Shown here: piece after piece, positions 15,167-28,185 of the stretch
How positions within the stretch are numbered: position 1 is the stretch's first letter
How the letters are laid out: every line of letters starts with the position of its first letter
Assembly (NCBI GenBank): GCA_964016885.1
Contig: OZ024743.1
Coordinates: 299,956,001-300,020,000, forward strand
DNA length: 64,000 bases
DNA from: Eledone cirrhosa
Lineage: Eukaryota
Direction: 5' to 3'
Program-made: the position numbers and the translations under genes
The notes under the pieces: model-generated
Databases searched by the model: none
Told to the model about the DNA's origin: nothing
The model's input: only the letters and a program-made list of their open reading frames with translations

Positions 15167-15897
15167 TATTTCCGACTAAATAAACATGAATCATTCGAAT
15201 TGAACTTCTGTCAAGCTGAAGAAATGTACTGGCTAATTTCATAATAATCTGTATCCTAAATTATATACACAAATATAAACTATCAATATCTACCACAACA
15301 TTACACAGCTACTAAAAATCCAGAACAATACTGAAAAAGCATTCTCGAAACTAACATTTAAAGTTCAAATTTTAGGCACACGCAAAGACACATAAACGCG
15401 CGCACACACGCACATACAGAAAAACACATACGCACACACACGCACACAAACACACACATAGACAGTCATACGCATACACACACACACACACATATACACT
15501 CATACGCACACACACACACACGCATATACACTCATACGCATACATACACACACAAACAAGCACATATAAATAATAGCAGGAGCATCATTACACTAGACTT
15601 ATATCCCGTGAAGTACAACGACAATAACAAATTCCGTACGGAATTTTAACCACAGCTTCTATCGCCTGCACTTGATGCTGCCACCGAGTGAATGAATATG
15701 TGTCCTGTCAGTTTACATTTCACACACATATTTATATATAGAATTGATAGTTTATATTTTTGTATATAATTTAGGATACAGATTATTATGAAATTAGCCA
15801 GTACATTTCTTCAGCTTGACAGCAGTTCAATTCGAATGATTCATGTTTATTTAGTCGGAAATATATATATAGAAATGTGTGTGTGTGAAATGTAAAC
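15167..15897. repeat. Interlocked inverted repeats (15167-15287 / 15743-15863; 15711-15740 / 15865-15897)
   Basis: About 120 bp near-perfect reverse-complement match, itself bracketed by a shorter inverted pair. Confidence 0.85.
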
Positions 15898-17189
15898 GGA
15901 ATTAATAAAGCAAAATACACAGTACGTCAGAAAAATATATTAGTTTAACACTTGAAATAGCAAGAAAAGAATCTTAACGTTTTGAACACTATTCATTCAT
16001 CAGAATATAGAGGTAGACATATGAGATAAAATAGAAAGATACCCTTGTATATATGTACGTGGTATTCCTCATTAGTCAGTCCTCATATGCATTGGTTAAT
16101 ATATATGTATATTTATATATTACTATGTCGTCATATATTTCCATACATATATACGTGGGAAACTATACATAAGCTAAAACGTAGATATATTTAGCTACAT
16201 CTCTGTGTGTAGCTGTACATATATGTGTGCGTATATGTATGTGCATGTGCATCTCATTGAATATATGTTTCATTATATATTTCTGTGTTAATATGTATGT
16301 GCACACACGTGTGTGTTGATGACTGCATGAAAGATAGAAGAATTTAAGGAAATTGTCATAGCCAAGAATTGTGTTATCAAAAAGGTCGTTTTAAGATTAA
16401 ATTTTGTCATAGTAAATGCTAATGTTTTTGGAATTAACTTAAAGATAAGAGAATCACAGCAAATGTAATTATATACACTGTGTTCTCAGAAGTTGATTTA
16501 CTACATCATTATTCTAAACGTTTACATATTACTGCGAAATAACTCGACGTTGTTGAGTACATGGTCTCGTTACATATTCTCTCAATCTTTGTAGCTATAT
16601 ATTACAATGTTGTTCGCGCTGATTATTACTTCAATTATATCCTGAACAGTGGATAATATACACGAAATATGATATAGCTGATATAATCGATTCTACACAC
16701 CCCTTTTAAAAGCTAATATTTCCTTAGTTGAAAGGGAAACGAGTTCTTCAATTGATAACCACTTTTAAAATAACTCTTATGCTTCCTTCTAAATTTACGA
16801 ACATGTGTACGGCTGTACATTTATTCAGTCTTCTCTATGATTATTAAGAAGTGGTTATAAAAAGGAATGGGCTGAGAAACCTATAGGACAATCTATCGTA
16901 AAGACGCCGGGAGATGCTACGATACCAGCCGGAGCATCTTCCGTCTACAAGCATGAGGATGATAGAAGAATGAAAAGCAAACATTACAAATGTTGAGTAT
17001 GATGAAGAACGCTATGAGAAAGATGGGGCCGGCTTGGGAGATAAATCGTATCAAGGCTTGCAACCGTGCTTGGTGGTCATTTCTCGTCACTCGATACTTC
17101 ATAGGTGCTAATTAACTGCATGGTAGTGCATTTATTTAAACCTCTATTTTCATTGTTGTTATATTATTTACATATCTATGCCAATCAAA

Positions 17190-17230
<41 letters not shown>

Positions 17231-18234
17231 CTACCATCATAAATATAATGTTTATAATAGTACGTGTATCTAAAGCCCAACCCCTGCATTGTTTGGCTGA
17301 CATTTTATATCATAAATTCATATTTTAAATCTTTTTGAATATGCATGAAGACTCTATGAAATGACAATTGTATAATTCCTATTAGCAGGGATGGTCGTGC
17401 TCTATACTGAATAAACCAATCCAATAGATACAGTGCTATAACACTGCAATAAGAATTATTTTGCTGAAAGGCAACTCCGACAAAACAAAAGTTTTCAGCT
17501 ATGACAAAGATGCAAAATATAAAACATGAACTATATTAAATTCAGGTTGTTAAATACAGAGGCGCTATGAAATAAATATTGCAAGCACACCAACATTTAT
17601 TGAGAGAATCTTCAGATACATTCGAACTTATATAAATATTATTAATGTAATAATAAATGTTTAATGTGACCACTGCTTACAATCGAAAGTGAATTAACAA
17701 ATGAAGATAACCAGAAGCAAAAGAAATATAACGTTTAGAAGACATAATTCAGATTTACAAATTGAAATATGGAAAATTGCGTACAGGCTTTAAATTCACA
17801 TAAACGGTGAGGTATATGAAAATCTGACATTTCCCTCCATTTAGAAGCTTATGCCATAAATCTGATATTTAATATATGGATATTTTTCCATAGTATTTCA
17901 TTTCGAAACTATCTTCCCGTTATAAATGTATAAACACCATTTATAACAGAATATAACATCAATATGTATATTATAACATACGGCACCATATATTCTACTA
18001 AAAATGTGAAATACAAATCAGTTATAATATATCCTGTTTCCTCAGTAGAAAATATGCATAAATCGTACACGAAGTTGAAGTAATGATTATTTTACAGAAG
18101 TGTGACCACGTCCGTTTCCATGGCTAATGATTGTCGATGCTATTTCACTTTTTCTTTTTTTTTTCACAAAACAAACATTTATTTACAATTGTTTATAACT
18201 TTGTCTATTAATCCGTATGGTGAGTAAATGGAGT

Positions 18235-19067
18235 CCCCCGGCAGGCAGGATGGAGAAGGCGTTTCCCCGGAGGATGGTAAGGGAGATGCGCTGGAAGAGC
18301 CATTCCAAATTGCGAGGCTCACACCTGCGGCTGGATTGCTCAGGGCATATGGTGGCTAATAGGAAGGTAGCCCTAGGGCAAAGGACACCAGAACACCAAT
18401 GCCAGAGGCACGACCGCGAAGCTGTCGGAGAGCGACCGGTATGTGGAGAGTTTGGCCTCCTCCGCCCGATGTGCAGGAGTATCTGGGTTAGTCGCAGACT
18501 GTACCAGATTGCGGCTGGAGCAAGTGGCATCACGGACGAGGGATTTGCCACCGCGGAACGGCAAGATGGTCATACCGCCTGGCCTTTTACCAAACACTCG
18601 GTCGAGCCCTACCGGCTCGAGCTGGCAGGAGAAGCCTTCAGCGTCCAAGCCATGCTTAATGAGCTCGTTGAGGGCAGTATGGCGTGGAAGGCGGCCGGCA
18701 CTGTGGCGACAGGAAGCAGGTGGAGTCCGAAAGATTCCGCGGTGGATCCACAGCGACATTTATGTGACTCGCAGATCCGGAGTCGAAGTATCACGGAAAC
18801 GCTGATGCGCAGGCTATCGTTATCCAGCCGCATGCCAGTGGAAATGGAAGGCAAAGCATGGAGCCAAGCACCACTGTGGGGTTTGCAGGCCGAGCGAAAA
18901 CAGGCAAGGCGGTGCTGGTCGAGCTGGTGCGTGAGCCTGTCTAAAGGCAAGCTGCAGTGGATGGCATCCCATACGCTTTAGGGGGACTTGACATAAGAAG
19001 AGGGAAAAGGAGGAGGAACGTTTACCGGCTAAGTCCCATCGTGTCCCACATCTCACAGGCGATCTCA
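18235..19067 (-). mobile_element. CRE-clade non-LTR fragment (CCHC knuckle plus RLE), frameshifted
   Basis: HSGAWLHALP..GMRLDNDSLRI..LRL..HKCRCG..FGLH; RHTALNELI..LEPVGL..KRPGG; FQRISLTILRGNA. Confidence 0.9.
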
Positions 19068-20272
19068 ATGGTGTATAGGTGATGACAACAGGTATATTAA
19101 ATATTTAAAACCATAAATTGGAGATGGTCAGATGTGCTGATATGTATCTTTCCGAGCGGTCGATGCTAAAACGAGCAAGACGGAGACTAGGGAAGTTGAT
19201 TAACGCTGAAATCGAACAGTCGGTGCCAAGGCGATTGAGTTGTAAATAATCGAAACCGATGAACATCTAGAACGATCGGTAGGTGCCATGGCGAGAATGT
19301 CAGAGCACAACGGCACCAAGGGGCATCGCGAACGTTCTGTCGGTCCCAATACGAGTGAGAAAGAGCCCAGCGACTCGGATGCGGGCTGCGAACGATGGGT
19401 TGGTGCGAATACAGTGGAGCAGCGTCCAGCGAAGCCGATGGATGCCGAGAAAGAAGGGCCGGTACGAGATAGAGAAGCAGAACCCAGCAAAACCGATTGA
19501 CGCTGAAAAAGAAAGGTTATTGCCAAGCCGAAAACAATATTTCGTACACCTAACATATATATATATATATTCCTATATAAAATTGTAAATTATTTCAAAG
19601 TTACATAAATTTAACTCATTGTATATGTGTGAAGCAAAACGAAAGTGATCGATATAACTTGTGTTTAATAAGAAATAGCCAAATATTTAATTACTCAATA
19701 AACTTAATATATACTACTTTTTCAAATATCAAAGACTCAGAACTTTATTGAAGCTATATAGAAAACGAAGTTGAGATTGGAAGATGCCAACACTTTTAGT
19801 AATAATGGAATATATTTCATTTGACAATCTCCAACGTACAGCTTTGCAGCTTACGTAATGTAATCCATAATCTTACGTCATCGGAGATGGATTTTCTTTT
19901 TACTTCGGGATCTCTCTTCTGTCGTGTAAGGAAATAAACCATTATATGAACAGATAATGCAATCTTAATCTTTGTGGGTCTTCCTGTGTAAACATTTATT
20001 GGTGTTGTAAAGCAAACAAGATCAGTAAAGTGCTCGGAGCAACAATAGAATGGAATTAAAAAAAGGTAAAATCAAAGTTTCCATACCTAAAATTAAAAGC
20101 ACAGACAACCCACTAGTGAGATACAAACGTAGGCAGAGATCTTTGTCCCATGCTCTCAGAATTCATAGAAACTATTTTCTAATTATATACCAAAGAAGTT
20201 AAAATTACTTCCTTGTTACCTACACCCCACGCTCTCTTCTTTGCGTCTATTCGTCTTTTTCTCTAACTCACG

Positions 20273-20355
<83 letters not shown>

Positions 20356-20395
20356 CCATTTTCTCTTCCGTCTGATCCCTATATATATATATACA

Positions 20396-20482
<87 letters not shown>

Positions 20483-20486
<4 letters not shown>

Positions 20487-21176
20487 AAAAGAATGAAACG
20501 AAATTTCATTTCTCACTCTTAGTACGGCTGATACCTAAATATAAGTATGTATACGTACATACATATATGTGTACAGACGCGCAGTAGTGTGTATATATAT
20601 ACATACATGCACACATATATATGTGTACTTATGGGTTTAGCGAACATTCATTATAACGTTTGGTTTGTTTGTAAACAAACAGCCAGAATTACGCCGTACA
20701 GTGCTCGGCAACCATCGTCGCCCTTTTGTTCAACACTGACACAGGAACGATGTACTAGTTTCAAGCTTATTAGCTTTCGTCAGCATCGTATACCTTTCTG
20801 TCAGATGATTGAACGTCTGAAAGTATATACTTTCCTTATGCATATTAACGGCTGAGCAGCCAAATTTGGATATCGAGTGAGTTAGTCGGCCGGGCGTACC
20901 GAAAACTATAAATGGAAAATAATGAAACGAAATTACATTTTCACTCTTAGTACGGGCGATACCTAAATATAAGTGTGTATACGTACATACATATATGTGT
21001 ACAGACGCACAGTAGTATGTATATATATACATACATGCACATATATATATATATATGTACGTATGTGTTTCCCGAACATTTATTATAATGTTTGGTTTGT
21101 TTGTATGCACATATACATACTTATATTTAGGTATCAGCAGTATGTGACATGTGATATGTGTTTCGGTTTCATCTTT
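20483..21176 (-). mobile_element. Retrozyme-like repeat, 429-bp unit: about 1.45 tandem units plus short inverted end (21101-21176)
   Basis: ATGGAAAA.AATGAAACGAAA at 20483 and 20912. Family members at 29055-29510, 32590-32940 and 45423-45783. Confidence 0.85.
20747..20789 (-). ncRNA. Intact minimal type I hammerhead ribozyme
   Basis: ACGATG-CTGACGA-AAGCT AATA AGCTT-GAAA-CTAG-TA-CATCGT. All three stems and the core are intact; GUA cleavage predicted between 20753 and 20752. Confidence 0.92.
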
Positions 21177-21379
21177 TGGTTATTATATTTTAGTGTTGAC
21201 AAATTTTTTCTAATTTTATCAACTTAATTTTGGCAATTTTTAAATTCATATATGGATATACTACTTTATAGATAAACTGCATAAAAAATGTATATAACTT
21301 ATTTGTGGAGAATTGAAAATATTCAGACCCGTTTATATCCATGAGTGTCAACTAAATTTCCGGACCACCCGTTGAAACG

Positions 21380-21800
21380 AGCATCAAACATATGTTATAG
21401 CGGCAAAGACATCTGAGGCGAAGTAAGTGGAAGTATGGAAGAGAGAACTTAGGGTGTGTTCAGTGATGTGAACTGAAGTCGGAATCGATTGGATTTTAGA
21501 AGATATGTGTCAAAATTAAAATTAGGGTGGTCCATGGAATATTTAAGAAGTTTAAAGGCGTCCAGTAGATAGAATAAGTAATTTCTAGGGCAAGGTGGAA
21601 TGAGTTAAGCTGTTGCATGAATGAACGTTTTAGCACCGGTACAATCATCAATCTAAGGACCGTATAATTCGTCTATCTAAGGTCCGTATAAGTCGTCCGC
21701 CGTCACCAACATCCATAGCGCAACTCCAGTATCTTTCCCTACTCTTAAATCTTCAAATGTATCAATATTGGCCAACCCATCACTTTCATCTTTATCTACC
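21380..21800 (-). pseudogene. Heavily decayed Penelope-like RT fragment (duplicated at about 45980-46400)
   Basis: Broken frames give GVA.., GP.., IDDCTGA and FMQQLNSFHLALEITYSI..LNFLNI, matching PLE RT motifs (YIDD; N.FHP.LKFT..FLD). Confidence 0.5.
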
Positions 21801-22174
21801 AATCTGAATCCACAGTTTAGTAATTCGATTTATCTCTTTCAAGTTGAAATCACAACCCTAATGACGCATTTTACTTTATAAAATAGCCATTCTAAAGCTT
21901 AGATGATATTCAATTGCATTGATATATGGCAGCTGAAATTTAAAATATGTTATTTAATTATATAGAAACGAGCATTTTTGAATGGTATAAAACACTTCCC
22001 TCAACAAACAATAATAAACTGAAAACCGAATATTAAACGAAATCTACACTATAGTATTCGTATCTAAAACACATTTACATAGGAAATCCTATATCTGAAA
22101 CCACATCAACGAACTGTCAAAAGCATTATAATCAATATTATAAGAGCACAATTAAAACACCTTGTTACTGACAC

Positions 22175-23350
22175 TTGAGAAAGTGTCGCAGCAAGTGGCA
22201 TCACAGACGAGTGGTTTGCCACCGCGGAACGGGAGAAGGTCATACCGCCTGGCCTATTGTCATCCATTCGGTCGAGCCCCACCATCTCGAGCTGTGAAGG
22301 GAAGCCTGCAGTGTCCAAGCCATGCTTAACGACCTCGTTGAGGGCAGCATCGCGTGGAAGGCGGCCGGCACTGTGGCGACAGGAAAGCGGGTGGAGTCCG
22401 AAAGAATCCACGGTGGATCCACAGCGACATTTATGTGGCTCGCAGATCCGGAGTCGAAGCCTCATGGAAACGCCGATGCGCAGGCTATCGTTATCCAGCC
22501 CCATGCCAGTGGAGAAGAAGGACAAGGCGTGGAGCCAGACACCACTGTGGGGTTTGCAGGCCGCGCGAAAACAGGCAAGGCGGTGCTGGTCGACCTGGCG
22601 CGTGAGCCTGTCTGAGGGCAGGCTGCACTGGTTGGCATCCCATACGCTTTGGGGGGACTTGACGTCAGCAGGGGGAGAAGGAGGAGGAACATTCTACTGG
22701 GCTAAGCCCCATCCTGTCCCACGTCTCACAGGCGATCTCACCTTACTTGAACTCAGAGGGTTCTATTGTGTTTTGTAGAAACCTGCTGACGAGGACGCGA
22801 CATGAGGTTACCGATGAAGGAACCGCCGGGAAAGCGATGTAGATCGGGGACCGTAGGCCAAGGCCGCCAAATCTGACAGGTAAAGTGGCCTGTTGCCATC
22901 CAATGTCGTCAAACTTGACGTTGCATATCTCCTCAGCTGCCGCTCGGATACAAGTATCGAGGTCCCCGAGGAGAGATACGTGGCTGTAGCACGGAGCGCG
23001 GCGAAGGGTGTAGAGGAGCTTCGGCATGGCAAAGCAGTTCCTCAACAGGAAGAGAGCTGGGTGGTCGTCGATCAAGCCCAGTCGGCTTGTGAGGGTCTAG
23101 AGTTTTTGGAGCCTAGACCTGATGGTGGAGCGGATGGCCGGCGAGTAGATCGGTGACACGAGGATGAGGACATCCTTTTTCGGGGTCACCTGTACCTGGT
23201 GGAGAATGGACCACACGTCCAAGACGGAGGTTGCAAAGCTCTCAGCATCATAACTGACATTCACCACCTCTGACTTCGACGAGTTGACCTGGAAGCCGAT
23301 TCCCGCCAGGGAAGGAACCACCGATTGAAGGTCATTGCAGACAGTCTCAA
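22175..23350 (-). mobile_element. CRE-clade non-LTR fragment: RT C-terminus, thumb, CCHC knuckle, start of RLE
   Basis: GFQVNSSKSEV; HPALFLLRNCFAMPKLLYTLR..WQQATLPVRFGGLGLR; CRCGSTVDSFGLHPLSC; RPGG. Confidence 0.92.
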
Positions 23351-24150
23351 CATAATCTCAATTGTTCGTTGATGATCTTGGTGAAGCTTTTATTGATCTC
23401 ATGGGTGTTGTTATCAATTTGCTGTATTGCTTATAAGATAATGCATTCATTAAATCTAACCTTACCTAATGGTGGAATAATTGCAAAACTGATAGGTCTT
23501 TCCATACTTTCGGGTTCTCAGTAGTGTCTGAGCTCTCAACTGCAAATTAGCTGCAAATCTATCTAAAGCTGAAATTTTAGCCGCAGCAATAGATGTGTTT
23601 TGATAGAGGATTTGTTTTCTGCACAGAATGTATCTTTTCATGGAGTTCTACCTAATGTCGCAGGATGTGTTGTCTGCTCAACACATCTTTATGTCAGAAC
23701 TCAGCTAACTATTGGAAACTTGTACAATTGTATCAATTATACAATTATTAACATGGTTCCCTCTACTATATTTCATCTTAGTGATTTGTATACAAAACAG
23801 GACATTGTAAGTATTGGGAGAAAAAATGAATATGGTTAACTTCGTAAACATGTGGACAATTATCTTTAGTAGAGTAAATGGATGCAAATAACAGGAACAG
23901 GAGTGTTTCTAATGTATTGTTGTTTGCTTTATTGTATAATTTTTATTTTATTGCAGAAAGTTTTCTAAGGCTTTGTTATTTTAGAGATTCTGATGTCAGT
24001 ATGGTTCGTATTACTCTTGTATTTTAATGAACGTCATTGATATTGTATGTTATATGATAACATTTCATTAAAGATTCCCTATTGTTGTTGACTATTGACA
24101 AAAGGCAAAGTGTTTACGGTATAGGGTGAGCTGTAATTAGAATTATCTTC

Positions 24151-24261
24151 AATAATTGTTTCTACTTTAGGCACAAGGCCAGCAATTACCCAAGGCATTA
24201 CTGGTACTTTATTTTATCGACCCCGTAAGGATGAAAGGCAAAGTCAACCTCGGCAGGATTT
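24151..24261 (-). mobile_element. 5'-truncated SINE
   Basis: Tail and core present; stops within the B-box. Confidence 0.85.
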
Positions 24262-24390
24262 ATGGATATGAAAGACAAAAAACAAAAGATGGAGAAAGAG
24301 AATGAGATAAACAAACGAAAGAAGCACTGAAACAATACACGTTATGATTTGAGAACACTACGAACTGAATCAAATGTCAAATTGGAGGAA

Positions 24391-24483
<93 letters not shown>

Positions 24484-25488
24484 CGTGTGTGTGCGTGTGT
24501 GTATGTATTTATGTATATATAATGTTATCCGGTACGTTTACGAATAAACATTCGAAAGCATTTAGCTATGAATTTTAGAAGGTGATGGCGGGGCGCAAAC
24601 TACCGAGTTCCAGTAGAAGCAGGAGGATATTTCCAACTGCCGTTACTCACTGATGGTCGTTATCAAGGCAATGTTCATATTTACCTCGCTTTCTACAGGA
24701 ACTGAATACAGGAGTACAGGTGCAGTTTTGACACTTATGTACATCAGTTGATTAACCTCATTTGCATACGCAAATGTAGGGTGGTTCGTCCTGAACAAAA
24801 AATAAAATTAAGATGTTCCCTTCAGCATAGTATTAGGAAGATCTAAAGGTATTTTCGCCTATTTTTTTTGTTTTCTATCCTGTTTTTGTTCGAGGTAATC
24901 TTGTCGCCTAAGTCATACATCATGATCTGATGATAAAGTCGAAATATGCATGGTGTTTTTATGAATATAAATTGTAAATTAAATTTAAAGTTCGATCTTC
25001 TGCGTTTTTTATGAATACCACATCTATGATGGAGGATTTACATAACGTTGCGTGCTTTAATTTATAGCGTCATTATTTACTAATCGGAACCACCAGTTTT
25101 CCCCATTGGAAAACGAACGAACATAAGTTTATATATATGACTATGTTTCAGCATGTTCTCAGCCTTCAGGCTGGAACACTTAGAGTAATATATATGTATG
25201 ACATATATATACACATATAAATATTCCTATTTCGTCTATTTCTATAACTCTATCACAATATGTTCAATTGTATGTGACAAGAAAAATACCCTCTAAGTAA
25301 GAAAGTGAGGATTTGCTATTATATAAATGTGTGGGTGTGTGTGTATGTGTGTGTGTATATGTGTGTGTGTGCGTCTATGTGTGTATGTATATGTGTTTGT
25401 GTGAGTTACAGGTTCAATCGGGGGTGGGGGTAAACACAGGAAGTAATGTACCCAATACATTCGTAGAGTATATTCAATATATAAAAAT

Positions 25489-25584
25489 GGCTTCTACAGG
25501 ACGAGAACTGTTTCATTCAAAATCATTTAGAAAGCTTTGCTGATGAGTTCCTTCGAATGGAACAATTCTTGTCCAGTAGAAGCT
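25489..25584. repeat. Short inverted repeat of a PLE-type terminus with degenerate hammerhead (relatives at 27973-28110 and 52674-52820)
   Basis: CTTCTACAGGACGAGAACTGTTTCATTC / GAATGGAACAATTCTTGTCCAGTAGAAG, enclosing CTGATGA-GTTC CTTC GAAT-GGAA. Confidence 0.6.
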
Positions 25585-26196
25585 ATTTCTATATTAGATT
25601 GGATATATGAAGCAATGTATAGTTCACTTGAAGCATTGTATATGGTTTAAAGAAGTCGAAATTTGAAAGCCTCAACAATGCAGGCTTTGAAGGAGAATAA
25701 TGAAATTGTATGACACAGGGCCTGTTTTTTACCTTAATTTATTCATATGCTCTGATATTTTGAGATTAATATCTCTTCTTTCGAGAGAAATAAAGGAACT
25801 ATTCCAGTGCCTGATGTGGCTTGCTATACCATGCTCAGAAGAAGAGATATTAATCTCGAAGTATCATGACGTGAAAAAATTAAGGCAAAAAAAAACAAGC
25901 CCGGTTTCTTACGATTTAACTATTATCTGTCCAAACCTGCACTCTCGTGGCTTTCACACTTCGTATTCTTTAACTATTTATTTATTTATTTGAATATGGC
26001 AAAGTCGGCCATTAATCGCCCCTATACAGGAAATTGACTGGCCTGTCTGCTGATATGAAAATCTGGCTGATCAGTGGATTTGTTAATATGAGGATCTGAC
26101 TGATCAGCCAGTCTGCTTATATGCAAATCAGGCTGATCAGTCACTGTATATTTTAGAAAATATCATATATTTTCACTAGTTGGCAGGTGAACAGTG

Positions 26197-26244
26197 AACT
26201 GTACTGATGAAGGGTGATACCCAGAAACATTAGTGTCTGCAGTT
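26197..26244 (+). ncRNA. Type I hammerhead ribozyme
   Basis: AACTGTA-CTGATGA-A GGGT GAT ACCC A-GAAA-CA TTAG TG-TC-TGCAGTT. 7-bp stem I, GUC site at 26235-26237. Confidence 0.88.
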
Positions 26245-26408
26245 ATATTTACATGCCAACACAAGAGCAAGATTGAAGGGCTCATTCTACTGACATGGCT
26301 TTAAAAAATAGGATGTTCGCATAATTGCAAATTAATCGAATATTATCATTAAATTTCGAAAAACTCAGATTACATTTATTGTATTCAGTCATGTAGAGCG
26401 ATAATTTT

Positions 26409-26485
<77 letters not shown>

Positions 26486-26504
26486 GATATATATACACAT
26501 ATAT

Positions 26505-27365
26505 AGAAGTGGTTACACAACAGTTAGTTCACCATACCGAGAACAATTGTTTTACCTTAGCGGATCCTCAGCTCGTAATGGACATGGTTATTCGGAACAG
26601 GAAGGACAACCCTACGGACGCGCATGCGCAGAAACCGTCACTTCACACAGGCAATACTAAAAATCGTGTGAGAGGTGTAAGGGAGATAACTGCGAAAGTC
26701 CGAACAGTTTCTAGTTGATAAGAAAATTAGGATGTTGTGATTCAATCCAGAGCCTTGCAGTTATGTAAAAGGTGTTCCGAGACGTGCGGACGACGTGTGA
26801 AGAATTCATTTCTCGCGTTCAGGCAATCACTATTGCATACTTTCTTTAGAATATTTATTCGTTCATCAATACATAGTTCACACGACAGATTTCCCCTTGC
26901 CTATGGCTTGGACTTAGTGAAGGCTTTCCATTTAATATAGTAGTCTATACTTGAGTCCTTGAGGGACCATACGTGGCTCGCGAGTTTTGTGGATGAACGT
27001 CTGTCCGGGTACCAACAGGTTGACTGGTGGTTCAGGAAGCGTTCCTTAAATCGGCCCTCCGCCATACCCACAGAGGATTTGACCTTCTGTGGTAGGTTTG
27101 GTCGGCTGGAAGTGACCACAGCTTCAGAAATTACAGCGGGTGTGTAGCATTGCTGTTGAAGGGGACAAGCTTCGGCAAGCGCAACCTGTTGGGGTGTTGC
27201 TCTTAGGTCTGTTGGTGATGTGGGCCCTCATGTTCTTAGCGCAGGAGTATCCTAGTTTTACTTAGTGTCGGTGAAAGATGGAGCGGTATTTATGATAGAC
27301 ACTTTCCCATAGGTCATAAATGCCCCTCCGTCTTTAACCGACACAAAATAAAACTAGGATACTCC

Positions 27366-27368
<3 letters not shown>
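26505..27368 (-). mobile_element. Decayed PLE (C-terminal GIY-YIG with Cys/His motifs), 5' hairpin inversion at 27243-27368, degenerate HHR at 26538-26575
   Basis: VKLGYSC; VGMAEGRFKERFLNH..STKLASHVWSLK..IKWK; CELC; LNARNE. The 3' UTR has CGAG-CTGAGGA-..-AAAA-CAATTG-TT-CTCG. Confidence 0.82.
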
Positions 27369-27411
<43 letters not shown>

Positions 27412-27412
<1 letters not shown>

Positions 27413-27709
27413 TAGCATTAAAGCCCGGCGTTGCTCGGAGTCAGAAAGTTATCAAAGTTAGGTTGCATCATCCATTTTATGGCAGCACATTTTTGTCTGC
27501 CAGGCACTGGGTGAATGAATTGCAGACCTGGACTACCGAAGCAAGAGCTGCGCCAGCAGTGACAATTGTAGTTTCGCCTATGGATATTATCTCTGTGCAA
27601 AGAAGTGTTGAAATTTATTGTTTCAGAGTACTTGCGCAACACGCGCGTAGACGATGCACGCCGAATAACAGAGCTGCGATGGAGCTGTTCTTCATGGTTT
27701 GCTAATGTG

Positions 27710-27710
<1 letters not shown>
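27412..27710 (-). mobile_element. Probable non-autonomous Helitron 3' end
   Basis: Minus strand ends CCGAGC AAC GCCGG (hairpin) GCTTTAATG CTAG|T inside (TA)n. No 5' TC end identified. Confidence 0.5.
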
Positions 27711-27767
<57 letters not shown>

Positions 27768-27769
<2 letters not shown>

Positions 27770-27932
27770 AACGAGTGGGACTCCGACGGCTGGGCTCAAG
27801 CCGTTTCAGCGGCTAATTCTGCACTCAGCAGTCGGGTTCCTATTCGTTCCTATTACCCACTCTACTACCCTAAGTATTGAGTACTTTGGTGCGTTATGGT
27901 CCAACTGGTTCCTTACCACATTTTCTTCGTTA
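27768..27932 (-). repeat. PLE-terminus family fragment (also 33468-33588 and 36902-36958) with hammerhead-like remnant
   Basis: Shared GACTCCGACGGC.G.GCTCAAGCCGTTTC. Minus strand CTGCTGA..GAAA-CGGCT..AGCCG-TC; stem I is imperfect. Confidence 0.5.
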
Positions 27933-28147
27933 TATATACATATATATATATATAGTTTTAATATAGATTAAATTCTACAGGACTAGAACTGTTTCATTCT
28001 TTAGAAATCATCCGGAATCCGGCTTTCCAAAAATAAATGTTGTAGTATTTATATCTTTTCAGTTGGTAGGAGAGGGTGGGGAGTGGGATGGGTAGAGATC
28101 ATTGGTTGAAAGAAAAGGGAATATATATATATGTGTGTGTGTGTGTG

Positions 28148-28179
<32 letters not shown>

Positions 28180-28185
<6 letters not shown>

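Larger units (their letters stand above)
19083..22174 (+). repeat. About 3.1 kb local duplication, copy 1 (copy 2 at 43942-46769)
   Basis: Collinear high similarity from ATATTTAAAACCATAAATTGGAGATGG to ACAATTAAAACACCTTGTTA(C/G)TGACA. Confidence 0.93.

Noticed and set aside
18217-18981. 254-aa plus-strand ORF
   Set aside because: Antisense shadow of the GC-rich CRE fragment; the recognisable motifs are on the minus strand.
24921-24952. CTGATGA-TAAAGTC-GAAA hammerhead-like spacing
   Set aside because: No stem II pairing, G at the cleavage position and an offset stem I; may be chance or a very old remnant.
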